Source of the DNA: an uncultured Flavobacteriaceae bacterium
GTDB lineage: Bacteria; Bacteroidota; Bacteroidia; Flavobacteriales; Flavobacteriaceae
Length of the DNA stretch: 64,000 nucleotides
NCBI GenBank assembly: GCA_963704215.1
Contig: CAVPHK010000007.1
Location: 10,823 to 74,822, forward strand
Direction: 5' to 3'
Part shown: piece by piece, positions 53,927-64,000 of the stretch
Layout: each line of letters starts with the position of its first letter
How positions within the stretch are numbered: the first letter of the stretch is position 1
Made by a program: the position numbers and the translations under genes
The notes under the pieces: model-generated
Seen by the model: the letters and a program-made list of their open reading frames with translations, nothing else
Databases searched by the model: none
Told to the model about the DNA's origin: nothing

Positions 53927-54839
53927 ACTATTAATATCAATTGTTGGACCTACCGCCATTGGGAAAACGGCGTTAAGCATTAAACTGGCAAACGCCTTTA
54001 ATACAGAGATTATTTCGGCAGATTCCAGACAGTTTTTTAAGGAAATGAATATTGGCACCGCGGCACCTTCAAAAGAAGAATTAACTGAGGCAAAGCATCA
54101 TTTTATTCATCATAAATCTATTCAAGAAAATTACAACGTCGGTGCTTTTGAAAAAGATGCTTTGTCTACTTTAAATGAATTGTTTAAAACACACAATATT
54201 GCTATAATGGTTGGAGGTTCTGGAATGTATGTGGATGCCGTTACAAAAGGATTAGACGATTTTCCGGAGGTAGATGCCAGTATACGAGAAACTTTAAATA
54301 AGCAATTACAGGAAAAAGGGCTTCCCTATCTTCAAAATCAATTAAAAGAACTAGACACTATATCTTATAAAAACATTGCCATCGATAATCCGCATCGCGT
54401 TATTCGTGCTTTAGAAATTTGTATAGGTACTGGCAAACCGTATTCATCTTTTTTGAATAAGAAAACTATTAATCGTAATTTTAAAACAATCACAATCGGA
54501 CTGACTGCCGATAGAGACATTATTTACAATCGAATAAACCAACGGGTAGATATTATGATGCAACAAGGTTTGCTTGAAGAAGTTAAAAGTCTAATTCAAT
54601 TTAAAAACCTTAACGCCTTAAATACTGTTGGCTATAAAGAATTGTTTAATTATTTAAACGGTGAATGGACGTTAGACTTTACGGTTTCAGAAATTAAAAA
54701 GAATTCCAGACGCTTTGCTAAACGACAACTTACCTGGTTTAAAAAAGATGAAAACATACTGTGGTTTGATTATTTAACAAATGCTGATAGCATAGTGGAA
54801 AAAATAAAAGAAGAACTTAAAAAAGAAGGGGATTTCTAA
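53919..54839 (+). CDS. miaA: tRNA dimethylallyltransferase
   Basis: GPTAIGKT, SADSRQ, IGTA, VGGSG, RALE, VGYKE, AKRQLTWF. Confidence 0.96.
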   Translation: MNKLLISIVGPTAIGKTALSIKLANAFNTEIISADSRQFFKEMNIGTAAPSKEELTEAKHHFIHHKSIQENYNVGAFEKDALSTLNELFKTHNIAIMVGGSGMYVDAVTKGLDDFPEVDASIRETLNKQLQEKGLPYLQNQLKELDTISYKNIAIDNPHRVIRALEICIGTGKPYSSFLNKKTINRNFKTITIGLTADRDIIYNRINQRVDIMMQQGLLEEVKSLIQFKNLNALNTVGYKELFNYLNGEWTLDFTVSEIKKNSRRFAKRQLTWFKKDENILWFDYLTNADSIVEKIKEELKKEGDF

Positions 54840-54841
54840 AT

Positions 54842-55030
54842 TTTCCTGTAGGTCAAAAAGAATTTTTAGATGAAGTTAACCAAATTGTTCTTAACATTCC
54901 TAATGATAGAGGCATTGGCATTTTCTAGTCGGAACCCGCTGTTTCAACAAGAGGATCTAGAAGTTTCTTTAATACCAATGGCAATGTGCAACCTGTAATT
55001 TTAGTTTTTGATAAATACACATGTTATTAA
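54842..55030 (+). pseudogene. C-terminal relic resembling a GH53 endo-beta-1,4-galactanase
   Basis: FPVGQKEFLDEVNQIVLNIPNDRGIGIF*SEPAV...FFNTNGNVQPVILVFDKYTCY*; resembles the GH53 GQ..FL...G.G.F(Y/W)WEP C-terminus; no start codon. Confidence 0.55.
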
Positions 55031-55160
55031 AAATAAAAAACTATTATTTTATCAATACTATTTTTTTTACCCAGTGAAAACTAAATCTAATAATTGTACG
55101 TTAGGCTTTTAATAATTGTTGCATTTTAAAGTATCTTTATGCCCAAATTAAATTAAACTT

Positions 55161-55718
55161 ATGAACACCTTTTTAAAACGAGTTGTTATTCTTCTCTTTA
55201 TAATTGCTTTAGGCTTATTTTTATATTCTGTTTTTGTAGAAAATCTTTTTGAAAAACGCTTAAGTCCAAAAGACACTGTTAAATTTGAACTCAACGACTT
55301 AAAACTTAGAGTGTTTTATAACAGACCTTCTAAAAAAGGCAGAGTTATTTTTGGTGGGCTAGTTCCATATGATCAGGTATGGAGAACAGGTGCCAACGAA
55401 GCAACTACCTTCGAAACTAACAAACCTTTAAATATAAATGGTGTGAGCCTACCTCCTGGCAAATACACACTTTGGACCGTGCCAAAAGACTCAACTTGGA
55501 CAGTAATATTTAACTCTAAACAATACTCTTGGGGTGTGAATTCTGAAATGAAGCCCATGTGGGACCCTAATTATGATGTTGTAGGTATAGATGTACCCGT
55601 AATAAAATTAGACACGGAAGTTGAGCAATTTACCATTGCATTTGATAATTCCACCGATAGCTTAGCACTAACCTTAGCATGGGACGATGTAAAAGTTGCA
55701 GTACCACTAAAAAACTAA
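55161..55718 (+). CDS. DUF2911 domain protein
   Basis: SPKDTV, YNRPSKKGRVIFGGLVPYDQVWRTGANEAT. Confidence 0.9.
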   Translation: MNTFLKRVVILLFIIALGLFLYSVFVENLFEKRLSPKDTVKFELNDLKLRVFYNRPSKKGRVIFGGLVPYDQVWRTGANEATTFETNKPLNINGVSLPPGKYTLWTVPKDSTWTVIFNSKQYSWGVNSEMKPMWDPNYDVVGIDVPVIKLDTEVEQFTIAFDNSTDSLALTLAWDDVKVAVPLKN

Positions 55719-55819
55719 AATAAAACACATAAGAATTTTGGAATAAATATTTTAACTTGATTTATAAGGTTAAGTTCTAAAATTCACCTTTATAAAACTA
55801 AAATCAATACTCCTGTTAT

Positions 55820-57799
55820 ATGCTAAGTAAAATTTTTCCTAATCGTTATAAATTACTTGCAGCTTTTATTTCCATATTTTTAGTCTTCTCATTTATTTTA
55901 AGATTCTGCTTTTTAATTTGGAGTATTACACAAACTAATAATTCATTTTTTGTTTTAATAAGCACTTTTATTGTTGGTTTTTTATTCGACGTTGGAACCG
56001 TTTCATTTTTTGCAATTCCTTATATAATTTACTTAATTCTCGTTCCTAAAAAACTTTATGGCTCCTTATTCGATAAAATAATTACATACTTCGGATACGG
56101 GTTAGGAATTACCATTTTTCTTTTTTCATTTTTTGCCGAAATTACCTTTTGGTTCGAGTTTGAACGTCGTTTTAATTTTATAGCAGTCGATTATCTGATC
56201 TACACCTTCGAAGTGGTAAAAAACATCAATGAGTCCTACCCTATTCCATTACTTCTTAGTGCCATTTTAATGGTTTTATTTATCATCATCTACATCACCA
56301 AAAGAAAAAATATATTTAAAATCACGTTTAACAATAGCACAAGGTTTAAAGACAAATTACTTCCTTCTGTTGTAGTAATAAGTATCGCCTTAATTTTTGC
56401 GCTTTTTGTAAAAAATAATAACGCCGAACAATTCAATAATAGATATAATAACGAAATCGCCAAAACAGGTATATATTCCTTTTTTGCTGCTTTTAGAAGC
56501 AACGAACTGTCATACACCGAATTTTACAAAACGATTGATGACAGTATCGCCTTCAATATTGTTAAACAGAAAATAAATACTCCTAACAGCCTATTTGTAG
56601 AACAAGATAAAAAGGGAATTTACAGAACACTCACACACTCCGACAGCATAAATAACCCGGAATTAAAACCCAACGTTATTTTTATCTGTATAGAAAGCCT
56701 TAGTGCCGAATATTTAAATTCTTTAGGTGGCCATTTAAACATTACACCAACTTTAGATTCCTTATCCAATAAAAGTCTGTTTTTCACGAACCTCTATGCT
56801 ACGGGTACACGCACAGTTAGAGGTATGGAAGCCATTACATTATCTATCCCGCCAACTCCGGGAAGAAGTATTGTAAAACGAGATAAAAACCAAGGCCTCT
56901 TCACAATAGGCGAAATTTTTAAACAGAAAGGCTATACATCAAGCTTCTTTTACGGCGGTGACGGCTATTTTGATAATATGAACAACTATTTTGGAGGTAA
57001 CGGATTTAATATAGTTGACAGAGGAAGAGGTTTTTTATTAGATTCTAATGTGCACACGAAACGAACCAATATTAATGATGACGAAGTGACCTTTGAAAAT
57101 GCCTGGGGCGTATGCGACGAGGATATATATTCGAAAGTCTTAAAGGAAGCAGATAACGCTTTTTTAAAAGAAGAACCCTTTTTTAATTTTATTATGACCA
57201 CTTCTAACCACCGCCCATTCACATATCCAGAAGGTAAAATAGATATTCCGTCGGGCACTGGTAGAGATGGTGGTATTAAGTATACAGATTATGCTATCAA
57301 TAATTTTTTAAAACAAGCCAAAACAAAGCCTTGGTACAACAATACAGTATTTGTAATAATGGCCGATCATTGCGCTAGTAGTGCCGGACGCTGGAATTTA
57401 AATATCGATAAATACCGTATTCCTGCAATGATTTTTAATTTAGAAAATCAACCACCACAAAAAATTGAAAAATTAAGTTCTCAAATTGATATGTTCCCAA
57501 CTCTTTTCGCACTTCTAAATTGGGATTACACATCTAATTTGTTCGGATTAGATATTATGAAAATGACCAAAAAAGACGAGCGTGCTTTTATTGGTAACTA
57601 CAGAAATTTAGGTCTTCTAAAAGACAGACAACTCATGGTTTTAAGCGACCAAAAAGTTGTTAATTATTTTGAATGGGAAACAGATAACGATAATTTAATT
57701 CCTAAAGATGTAAATTCTAAAATGTTAGAAGAAACCATTGCATTCTACCAAGTTGCAGACTATTTATATCGAAATAATGGTCTTAAATTAAAAAATTAG
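55820..57799 (+). CDS. LTA synthase / phosphoglycerol transferase family (sulfatase fold)
   Basis: Five N-terminal TMs, NVIFICIESL, TRTVRG, TTSNHRP, YTD, ADH. Confidence 0.9.
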   Translation: MLSKIFPNRYKLLAAFISIFLVFSFILRFCFLIWSITQTNNSFFVLISTFIVGFLFDVGTVSFFAIPYIIYLILVPKKLYGSLFDKIITYFGYGLGITIFLFSFFAEITFWFEFERRFNFIAVDYLIYTFEVVKNINESYPIPLLLSAILMVLFIIIYITKRKNIFKITFNNSTRFKDKLLPSVVVISIALIFALFVKNNNAEQFNNRYNNEIAKTGIYSFFAAFRSNELSYTEFYKTIDDSIAFNIVKQKINTPNSLFVEQDKKGIYRTLTHSDSINNPELKPNVIFICIESLSAEYLNSLGGHLNITPTLDSLSNKSLFFTNLYATGTRTVRGMEAITLSIPPTPGRSIVKRDKNQGLFTIGEIFKQKGYTSSFFYGGDGYFDNMNNYFGGNGFNIVDRGRGFLLDSNVHTKRTNINDDEVTFENAWGVCDEDIYSKVLKEADNAFLKEEPFFNFIMTTSNHRPFTYPEGKIDIPSGTGRDGGIKYTDYAINNFLKQAKTKPWYNNTVFVIMADHCASSAGRWNLNIDKYRIPAMIFNLENQPPQKIEKLSSQIDMFPTLFALLNWDYTSNLFGLDIMKMTKKDERAFIGNYRNLGLLKDRQLMVLSDQKVVNYFEWETDNDNLIPKDVNSKMLEETIAFYQVADYLYRNNGLKLKN

Positions 57800-57802
57800 T
57801 AA

Positions 57803-58684
57803 TTGAAACATATTCACTTTATTGTTAATACTATTGCTGGAAAAGGTAATAACAACATCGATATTGTATTACTTGAATCGTTTTTTAATAAGGATGAATA
57901 TTCCTTAACTTTAAAACCTACCGCTTTTAAAAAGCACGCCGTAAAGCTGGCTCAAGAATCTGTTTTAGAAGAAGCCGATATTGTAGTTGCCTGTGGTGGT
58001 GATGGTACTATTAATGAGGTAGCATCTTGCCTTGTTAACACAACCATTCCGTTAGGTATTATTCCCATTGGTTCTGGAAACGGTCTGGCATCTAATTTAA
58101 ACATTCCTAAAAACATTAAAAAAGCGCTACAACTTATAAAAAACCAAGTTACTAAACGCATCGATGTTGGGCAATTAAATAACCACTACTTTTTTAGTAA
58201 TACCGGAATTGGTTTTGATGCAAGGGTAATAAAAAATTATGAAGCATCGAACGAACGAACTATCGCTAGTTATATTAAGGCAACTTTAAAATCATTAAAA
58301 AAATCAAATAAACTTCTTGAAGTCGAAACCACTTTAAACGGTAAAACCATCGTTCATAAACCATTTTTAATTTTTATTTCAAATTCTAACGAATTAGGTT
58401 ACCACCTAAGTTTAACACCAAAAGCATCATTACAAGACGGGAAATTGGACATTCTTATTGTAAAAAAACTAAGCCTGTTAAAAATCATATTATTTATGTT
58501 TTTAATGCTCTTTAAACGCCACAATATTTTAAAAGGAGTAGATTGTTATCAAACAAAAAATATAAAAATCACACAAAAAAAGAAACTCTTATTTCAAATA
58601 CAAATAGATGGCGAATTTATACTAATAAAAAAACCAACAATCGAAATTAACATTTTAGAAAAAGCACTAACTGTAATTGCTTAA
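57803..58684 (+). CDS. Diacylglycerol/lipid kinase family protein
   Basis: N..AG, GGDGTINEV, PIGSGNGLA, GIGFDA, QIDGE. Confidence 0.9.
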   Translation: MKHIHFIVNTIAGKGNNNIDIVLLESFFNKDEYSLTLKPTAFKKHAVKLAQESVLEEADIVVACGGDGTINEVASCLVNTTIPLGIIPIGSGNGLASNLNIPKNIKKALQLIKNQVTKRIDVGQLNNHYFFSNTGIGFDARVIKNYEASNERTIASYIKATLKSLKKSNKLLEVETTLNGKTIVHKPFLIFISNSNELGYHLSLTPKASLQDGKLDILIVKKLSLLKIILFMFLMLFKRHNILKGVDCYQTKNIKITQKKKLLFQIQIDGEFILIKKPTIEINILEKALTVIA

Positions 58685-59250
58685 TTTACTGCAAATTTAG
58701 TTATTAAAGCCTTGGTTATTTTATAAAACATAAAGCCAGATAAAGATCCAAAAGTTAAACCGCATACTATGTCTAGTGGGTAATGTACACCAACATAAAT
58801 TCTGCTATAGGCCACAGTAGCACTCCAAAACAGTAAAATAAATATTAAGTTTTTATAAAATGGTCTTAGAAAAAGACCAGCATATACAGCAACCGCCATA
58901 CTATTAGACGAATGCCCAGAAAAGAAACCATATTTACCACAATAGTCTACCACAACACGCATAAAGTCTGCCAATTCTAGCTCACCACAGGGTCTAAGTC
59001 TTTCAAAACCACGTTTAAATACGTTCGTAATTTGGTCTGTAAACGTTATCATTAAGGTTACCATCACTACAAAAATAAACAGGGCTTTTAATCCATATTT
59101 TTTGTACAATAAAAACAATAAGTACACGTATAAGGGAATGAAAGCAAATCTGTTAGTTACAAATAGCCAAAAATTATCCCAGGTAGGCGAACCTAAATTA
59201 TTTAAAAATAAAAAAAGTTCGGTATCGTATTCTAAAAGTTGATCTATCAT
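58681..59250 (-). CDS. PAP2-family phosphatase
   Basis: K...RLRP, FSGHSS, SRIYVGVHYPLD; likely start MIDQLLEYD at 59250. Confidence 0.9.
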   Translation of the reverse strand: MIDQLLEYDTELFLFLNNLGSPTWDNFWLFVTNRFAFIPLYVYLLFLLYKKYGLKALFIFVVMVTLMITFTDQITNVFKRGFERLRPCGELELADFMRVVVDYCGKYGFFSGHSSNSMAVAVYAGLFLRPFYKNLIFILLFWSATVAYSRIYVGVHYPLDIVCGLTFGSLSGFMFYKITKALITKFAVN

Positions 59251-59261
59251 TTTTATTATTT

Positions 59262-59423
59262 TTTGGGCGTTACTTTCGTACCTCAAGTCAGGCTTTCCGC
59301 TATATCTTTTTACGAAACAGTTTCGAACTTACTTCGAAATTACACTGTCTTAGGCTTTCAAATTCATAAAATGTTTATTGTTTATAAGCTTCGTAAAAAG
59401 GATGCCGCTTCAATCCTTAACGC
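59262..59423 (+). repeat. Structured intergenic repeat, copy C
   Basis: TTTGGGCGTT...GTCAGGCTTTCCGCTATATCTTTTT...AAAAAGGATGCCGCTTCAATCCTTAACGC. Confidence 0.7.
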
Positions 59424-59425
59424 AA

Positions 59426-59653
59426 CTACTCTTCGTATTTTAAAATTTCATTATCATAAAACTCGGTGGCAAGTTTAATAGTATTCTCAGTTTCTGCCAA
59501 CAATTCCTTTTCATCTTCTTCATCAAAATCTTCAAACCATTCAATTTCATCATCTTCCAAATTAATAATAAATCTGGGAAACTCTGTATGAATTACATAA
59601 ATAGCATTTGGATAATCAGAATTATCACCGAGAATAAATTTTGGAAGATTCAT
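59426..59653 (-). CDS. Small acidic hypothetical protein
   Basis: 75 aa; LPKFILGDN...YVIHTEFPRF; co-oriented with its neighbours. Confidence 0.7.
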   Translation of the reverse strand: MNLPKFILGDNSDYPNAIYVIHTEFPRFIINLEDDEIEWFEDFDEEDEKELLAETENTIKLATEFYDNEILKYEE

Positions 59654-59735
59654 ATTACGTTTTTTTTGTATTTAATTGTTTTTTGGTACTAAGCGATAAT
59701 GTAATAAAACTAAGCTCCAAACAATATCAAATTTA

Positions 59736-61112
59736 TTATTGATTAGACAAAATTAGTTTTTTTGAAAGATAATTAAACCTAATAAATAATAAAATTGCTG
59801 CCGTGGTTAAACCTCCAAGCAATCCTAACCAAATACCAAAGCTACCGTAAGCAGATTCCTTACCTAAAAACCAACTTATGGGGAAGCCAATAAGCCAATA
59901 AGAAACAAATGTAATTATAGTTGGTATTTTAACATCTTGCAGTCCCCGTAACGCCCCTAAAACAACCACTTGAATACTATCACTTAACTGAAAAATAGCT
60001 GCAGCAATTAACAATTTAGACGCAATTTCTACCACTTCGGTATTATCCATTAAATTTTTAGTATCATCAAAATCTACATACAACATGGGTAAATAGTTGT
60101 GAAACGTAAAAAATATAATGGCGAAACCGGTAGCCAAAATAATTCCTAATAAAAAAATGGAAAATGCAATGCGGCGCAATTCTACAAAATTTTGCAATCC
60201 TTTTTGGTTACCAATCCTTATCATCGACGCAACACTTAAACCTATAGCCACCATAAAGGTCATGGAACTTAAATTTAAAGCTATCTGATTTGCTGCTTGC
60301 GGATTTTTCCCTAACAACCCGCTTAACCAAACCGCTGCAGTAAAAATTCCTACCTCAAAAAACATTTGCATGGCACTGGGTGCGCCTAAATTCAATATTT
60401 TTTTTAGCATCAATTTATTTAAAACAAAAAATTTAATGTTTGTTACAAATATTTTTGATTTTTCTTTACTCTTCAACAAAACCCATAGATACCAAACCAT
60501 CACTATTCTAGAAATTAAGGTACCATAAGCAGCGCCAACAATTCCTAATTCGGGGAAACCAAATTTTCCAAAAATCAACAAATAATTTAAAACTACATTT
60601 ATAATGTTTGCTAATATGGTGGCATACATCGGGAAACTTGTCATGGATAAACCATCACTAAATTGCTTAAACCCTTGAAAAATAATTAGTGGTACTAACG
60701 AAACAGCAACCAAGTCTAAATATGGTACAGCAAGTTCTACAACCTCTAAAGGTTGTTTCATTGAATACATTAGCGGTTTTGCCAATAGTGTCAATAAAAA
60801 CAAGGAAACACCTAAAACAGTACATAAAAACAAACCATGTTTAAATGTGGCTTTTCCTTTTTCAAAATTTTGTTCTGCATCGGCTTCGGCAATTAATGGG
60901 GTAATCGCAGTTGAAAAACCAATTCCTAAAGACATGGCAATAAACACAAAGCTGTTTCCTAAAGATACCGCTGCAAGTTCTGCGGTTCCTAATTGCCCTA
61001 CCATAACGTTATCTATAAAACCAACAAATGTATGGCCTAACATGCCCATCATTACCGGGGCCGCCAATTGCCAATTATATTTAAATTCTTTGGTATAATC
61101 CTTTAATTGCAT
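59736..61112 (-). CDS. MATE-family efflux transporter
   Basis: DNVMVGQLG, NYLLIFG, GIVGAA, AANQIA, RGLQD; start MQLKDY behind TACTTTTG. Confidence 0.92.
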   Translation of the reverse strand: MQLKDYTKEFKYNWQLAAPVMMGMLGHTFVGFIDNVMVGQLGTAELAAVSLGNSFVFIAMSLGIGFSTAITPLIAEADAEQNFEKGKATFKHGLFLCTVLGVSLFLLTLLAKPLMYSMKQPLEVVELAVPYLDLVAVSLVPLIIFQGFKQFSDGLSMTSFPMYATILANIINVVLNYLLIFGKFGFPELGIVGAAYGTLISRIVMVWYLWVLLKSKEKSKIFVTNIKFFVLNKLMLKKILNLGAPSAMQMFFEVGIFTAAVWLSGLLGKNPQAANQIALNLSSMTFMVAIGLSVASMIRIGNQKGLQNFVELRRIAFSIFLLGIILATGFAIIFFTFHNYLPMLYVDFDDTKNLMDNTEVVEIASKLLIAAAIFQLSDSIQVVVLGALRGLQDVKIPTIITFVSYWLIGFPISWFLGKESAYGSFGIWLGLLGGLTTAAILLFIRFNYLSKKLILSNQ

Positions 61113-61332
61113 CCTGCAAAAGTAAACTTTCAACGCAGTATAAACCAATATAAAAAAGCTCTTTTAAAAACATGCCATTAACAAATGTTAATAATTTAAG
61201 ATAACTTTCTTATAATCAGGTGGTTTTTTAAAGTAAATTTGTATGTTTAAAAATTTGGATTAAAATTTTTAGAAACATTTAGCAATTATTTTATAGGGAT
61301 TTAGAATAGTAGAGTTAAAAGTTTCAAATATT

Positions 61333-61364
61333 AAAAGGAGGAAATTAATTTCCTCCTTTTTTTT
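61333..61364. terminator. Intrinsic terminator-like hairpin
   Basis: AAAAGGAGGAAA-ttaa-TTTCCTCCTTTTTTTT downstream of 61398..62339. Confidence 0.75.
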
Positions 61365-61397
61365 GATCTTAACAGTTAAACATTTTTATGCTGTAAC

Positions 61398-62339
61398 TTA
61401 CAAATTGGCTATTTGGGTTTTGGCTTCTTCAAATTCATTCATCATATCCTCTACAATTTCAGCAACTGATTTTATATCGTGAATTATAGCTGCAACCTGA
61501 CCAATTTCCAATTCACCTTCAACTAAATCACCTTCAAACATTCCTTTTTTGGCGCGCCCTCTCCCTAATAATGTTTTTAATTCATCTGCAGATGCTGCCT
61601 TAGCGTATAAATCTTGAACATCTTGGTAAAATTTATTCTTTATCAAGCGTACAGGTGCCAATTCTTTTAAGGTTAATTGGGTATCGCCTTCTTTTGCGTT
61701 TACTACTAATTGCTTAAATGATTGATTTGCAGAACTTTCAGTACTTGCTACAAATCGACTTCCAACTTGTACCCCATCGGCACCTAAAATCATAGTTGCC
61801 AACATGGCTCTACCTGTAGCTATGCCTCCGGCAGCTATTAGAGGTATTTTTAGATGTTCTTTAACAATTGGAATAAGCGTTAAAGTGGTTGTTTCATCAC
61901 GACCATTATGCCCACCTGCTTCAAAACCTTCGGCAACTACCGCATCTACTCCTGCTTCCTGTGCTTTTAAAGCAAATTTTACACTGCTCACAACATGTAC
62001 CACTATAATACCACGCTCTTGCAACCAGCTTGTCCACGTTTTTGGATTTCCAGCAGATGTAAATACAATCTTAACACCTTCTTCTACAATAATATCCATA
62101 ATCTCCTGGATATTTGGATAAAGCATTGGCACATTGACACCAAAAGGTTTATCCGTAGCTTTCTTGCATTTTTGAATATGTTCCCGAAGCACTTCGGGAT
62201 ACATGGAGCCCGCACCAATGAGACCTAAAATTCCTGAATTACTTGCTGCTGAAGCTAAGCGCCAACCGCTATTCCAAACCATTCCAGCTTGTACGATTGG
62301 GTATTTTATATTGAATAGTTTGGTTATTTTATTAGCCAT
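61398..62339 (-). CDS. Nitronate monooxygenase / FabK-like flavin oxidoreductase
   Basis: PIVQAGM, EGFEAGGH, IAAGGI, GVQVGSRF, GQV. Confidence 0.88.
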   Translation of the reverse strand: MANKITKLFNIKYPIVQAGMVWNSGWRLASAASNSGILGLIGAGSMYPEVLREHIQKCKKATDKPFGVNVPMLYPNIQEIMDIIVEEGVKIVFTSAGNPKTWTSWLQERGIIVVHVVSSVKFALKAQEAGVDAVVAEGFEAGGHNGRDETTTLTLIPIVKEHLKIPLIAAGGIATGRAMLATMILGADGVQVGSRFVASTESSANQSFKQLVVNAKEGDTQLTLKELAPVRLIKNKFYQDVQDLYAKAASADELKTLLGRGRAKKGMFEGDLVEGELEIGQVAAIIHDIKSVAEIVEDMMNEFEEAKTQIANL

Positions 62340-63957
62340 TTATTGCTTTATAAGTTTAATAGTTTGAGATATATTTTTAGATTGTAAAGTTACCAAATAA
62401 AGACCGTTCGATAAGCTTAACAACTCCACTTCATTGTTAACAGGGGTTATAAATGTACTTAACACTAATTTTCCTAACACATCAAAAATTAAGACGGACA
62501 CAGAATCTTCAGTTGAAGGAATCTTTATATAAGCCTTCAAACTCGCTGGATTTGGATATAGTTTAACTTCTGTATTGCTTTCTGCATCCGTTAAGGCGAT
62601 GCCAGAATTTAGTGCCATTTGTAAATTTGGAATACCGAAACCCAAATAATAATCGGGTGTTGCGTACTGTGAGGCCGATTCTCTTACTAATTGCATTATA
62701 TCGCTATTATTTAGACTGGGCAGTGCTTGCCATAAACAAACTATCCCACCAGCTAAAATGGGAGAACTAAAAGAAGTTCCATTGGCCGAAGCAATCACGT
62801 CGTTTTCTGTAATTACAATACTTGTCTGCCCTTGAGCTACCACATCTGGTTTACGTGTAGGTTGTAAACTGCTTCCTCTCGAACTAAATGTGGCATATAA
62901 CCCCGCAGAAGTCACAGCTCCAACACTCAATACGCCCGCAGCATCGGCAGGTGCACCAACTATTCCCCAACTATCGTTTCCAGAGTTCCCAGCAGAATTT
63001 AGCAATAACATCCCTTTTTCAAAAGCAATATTAGCACCCCGTGTTATAAATGCTGTATTTCCATTCATTTGCGATGGCGAATAACTATAATTCGGATTAT
63101 CATACGTGGTATAGCCCAACGATGTGTTTATAACATCCACTCCTAAACTATCGGCACGTTCTGCCGCTTCCACCCAATAGCTTTCTTCTACTGGATTTTC
63201 AGTTTGGGGCATCTTCTGTTATAAACAAATAATAAGACGCATCGGGTGCTGTACCTACATACTGATTTTCGACATAACCTGCCATGGTGCTTAAAACCAA
63301 GGTACCGTGATTACTGGTTGTATTGGTATACACATCAGAATCTCTATTTACAAAATCGTAAGTTCCTAATATATTACTGGCATTTCTTAATCGCTGAAAT
63401 CCCGCCATGGCATTTACATTAGGAAAACCTGCATCCAGCACAGCCACAGTCATTCCTGTACCTGTATAATTAGCTAAGTGTAATTGCTCGCCTTTAAACA
63501 TTTGAATTTGATTGGCAGCGCTACCGTAATTAAATGATGTTAAGCTATTTTCTAATTTTGATTGTTTTTTTGATTTTACTATTTTAAAATCATTTAAACT
63601 TTTATCAGCAAAATCAATGAAGTCAATAAACGAAAAGGAACTTGTTAAATTTTTTATAGCGATTTCGCTGCCTCGAACATGAATGGCGTTCAACCATTTC
63701 GATTTTGCCATAACAGTAATTCCTGAAGCGTTTTTTAGTTGCGAAATATAGGATTCGTTTACCGGAACATCGCGAGCATCAATAACAACCCCATGTGCAT
63801 TTTTTCGATCGATGGCTTTTTGTGATAAAATGCTAATAGGATTTGAAACCGAACTTGAAACATTTTGTTTGTCCATTAAATACACCCAGGCATCTTGTTG
63901 CGAAAAAACATTAAAACAATAAAAATGCAGTAGAAACAATAGTAGGTATTTCTTCAT
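62340..63957 (-). CDS. S8 subtilisin-family serine peptidase with T9SS type A C-terminal domain (frameshift near 63205)
   Basis: AVLDAGF, HGT, SAGNSG, GTSFSSP; YPNP...GLYLV...KLIK C-terminal domain. Confidence 0.9.
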
Positions 63958-64000
63958 AGCAAAACGATTTAAGTCTTTGCAATTTATGAAATTACTCCCG

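Noticed and set aside
59239-59478. 79-aa plus-strand ORF and the N-terminal extension of the PAP2 ORF
   Set aside because: Both run through structured repeat copy C; the PAP2 gene more plausibly starts at 59250.
1480-63084. Many 60-125-aa ORFs antisense to long genes (e.g. 5975..6277, 13117..13458, 46812..47189, 61804..62121)
   Set aside because: They are shadow ORFs opposite well-supported genes and carry no family motifs.
16379-63957. About 14 split genes (ydeP-like, ade, tilS, pabB, helicase, lipoprotein, mscS, sigma, S1/P1 nuclease, S41, Gfo/Idh, yggS, K+ channel, S8) read as pseudogenisation, programmed frameshifting or phase variation
   Set aside because: The breaks I inspected look like small indels at short homopolymers, they hit unrelated and essential genes (tilS), and the fragments keep their motifs. 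This is best explained by long-read consensus error; short-read polishing would decide.

Overview
AT-rich chromosomal segment of a Flavobacteriaceae-type (Bacteroidota) genome, judged from TAnnTTTG promoters, a T9SS C-terminal domain and gene content. Bases 1-23 kb form a molybdenum/nitrogen supercluster: moeB-moaE-moaCB-moaA; assimilatory nitrate reduction genes (nirBD, DUF4202, a NarX/NarL-like pair, a NarK-type transporter, a fused nitrate reductase, a rubredoxin-domain protein); a YdeP/FdhF oxidoreductase; and mocA-xdhC-iorBA-like genes. The rest is mostly housekeeping (ade, tilS, pabB, DEAD helicase, lpdA, smpB, pcm, yggS, miaA, MATE, S8 protease). About 14 genes are split by small frameshifts, including essential tilS, which points to long-read indel errors rather than decay. 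The most notable non-annotated structures are: (1) a two-cassette integron-like array at 31.7-34.2 kb with non-canonical attC-like hairpins, cassette-specific complementary ends, an attI-like leader and no integrase in the window, next to a duplicated helicase 3' end; (2) a four-helix-bundle gene bracketed by inverted octamer arrays, with an empty copy of the same element one gene downstream; (3) three copies of a structured intergenic element showing a compensatory base change and nested mini-hairpins; (4) a shared palindromic operator candidate at three nitrate-gene promoters; (5) a GH53-like gene relic. All calls are by eye; no searches were run.
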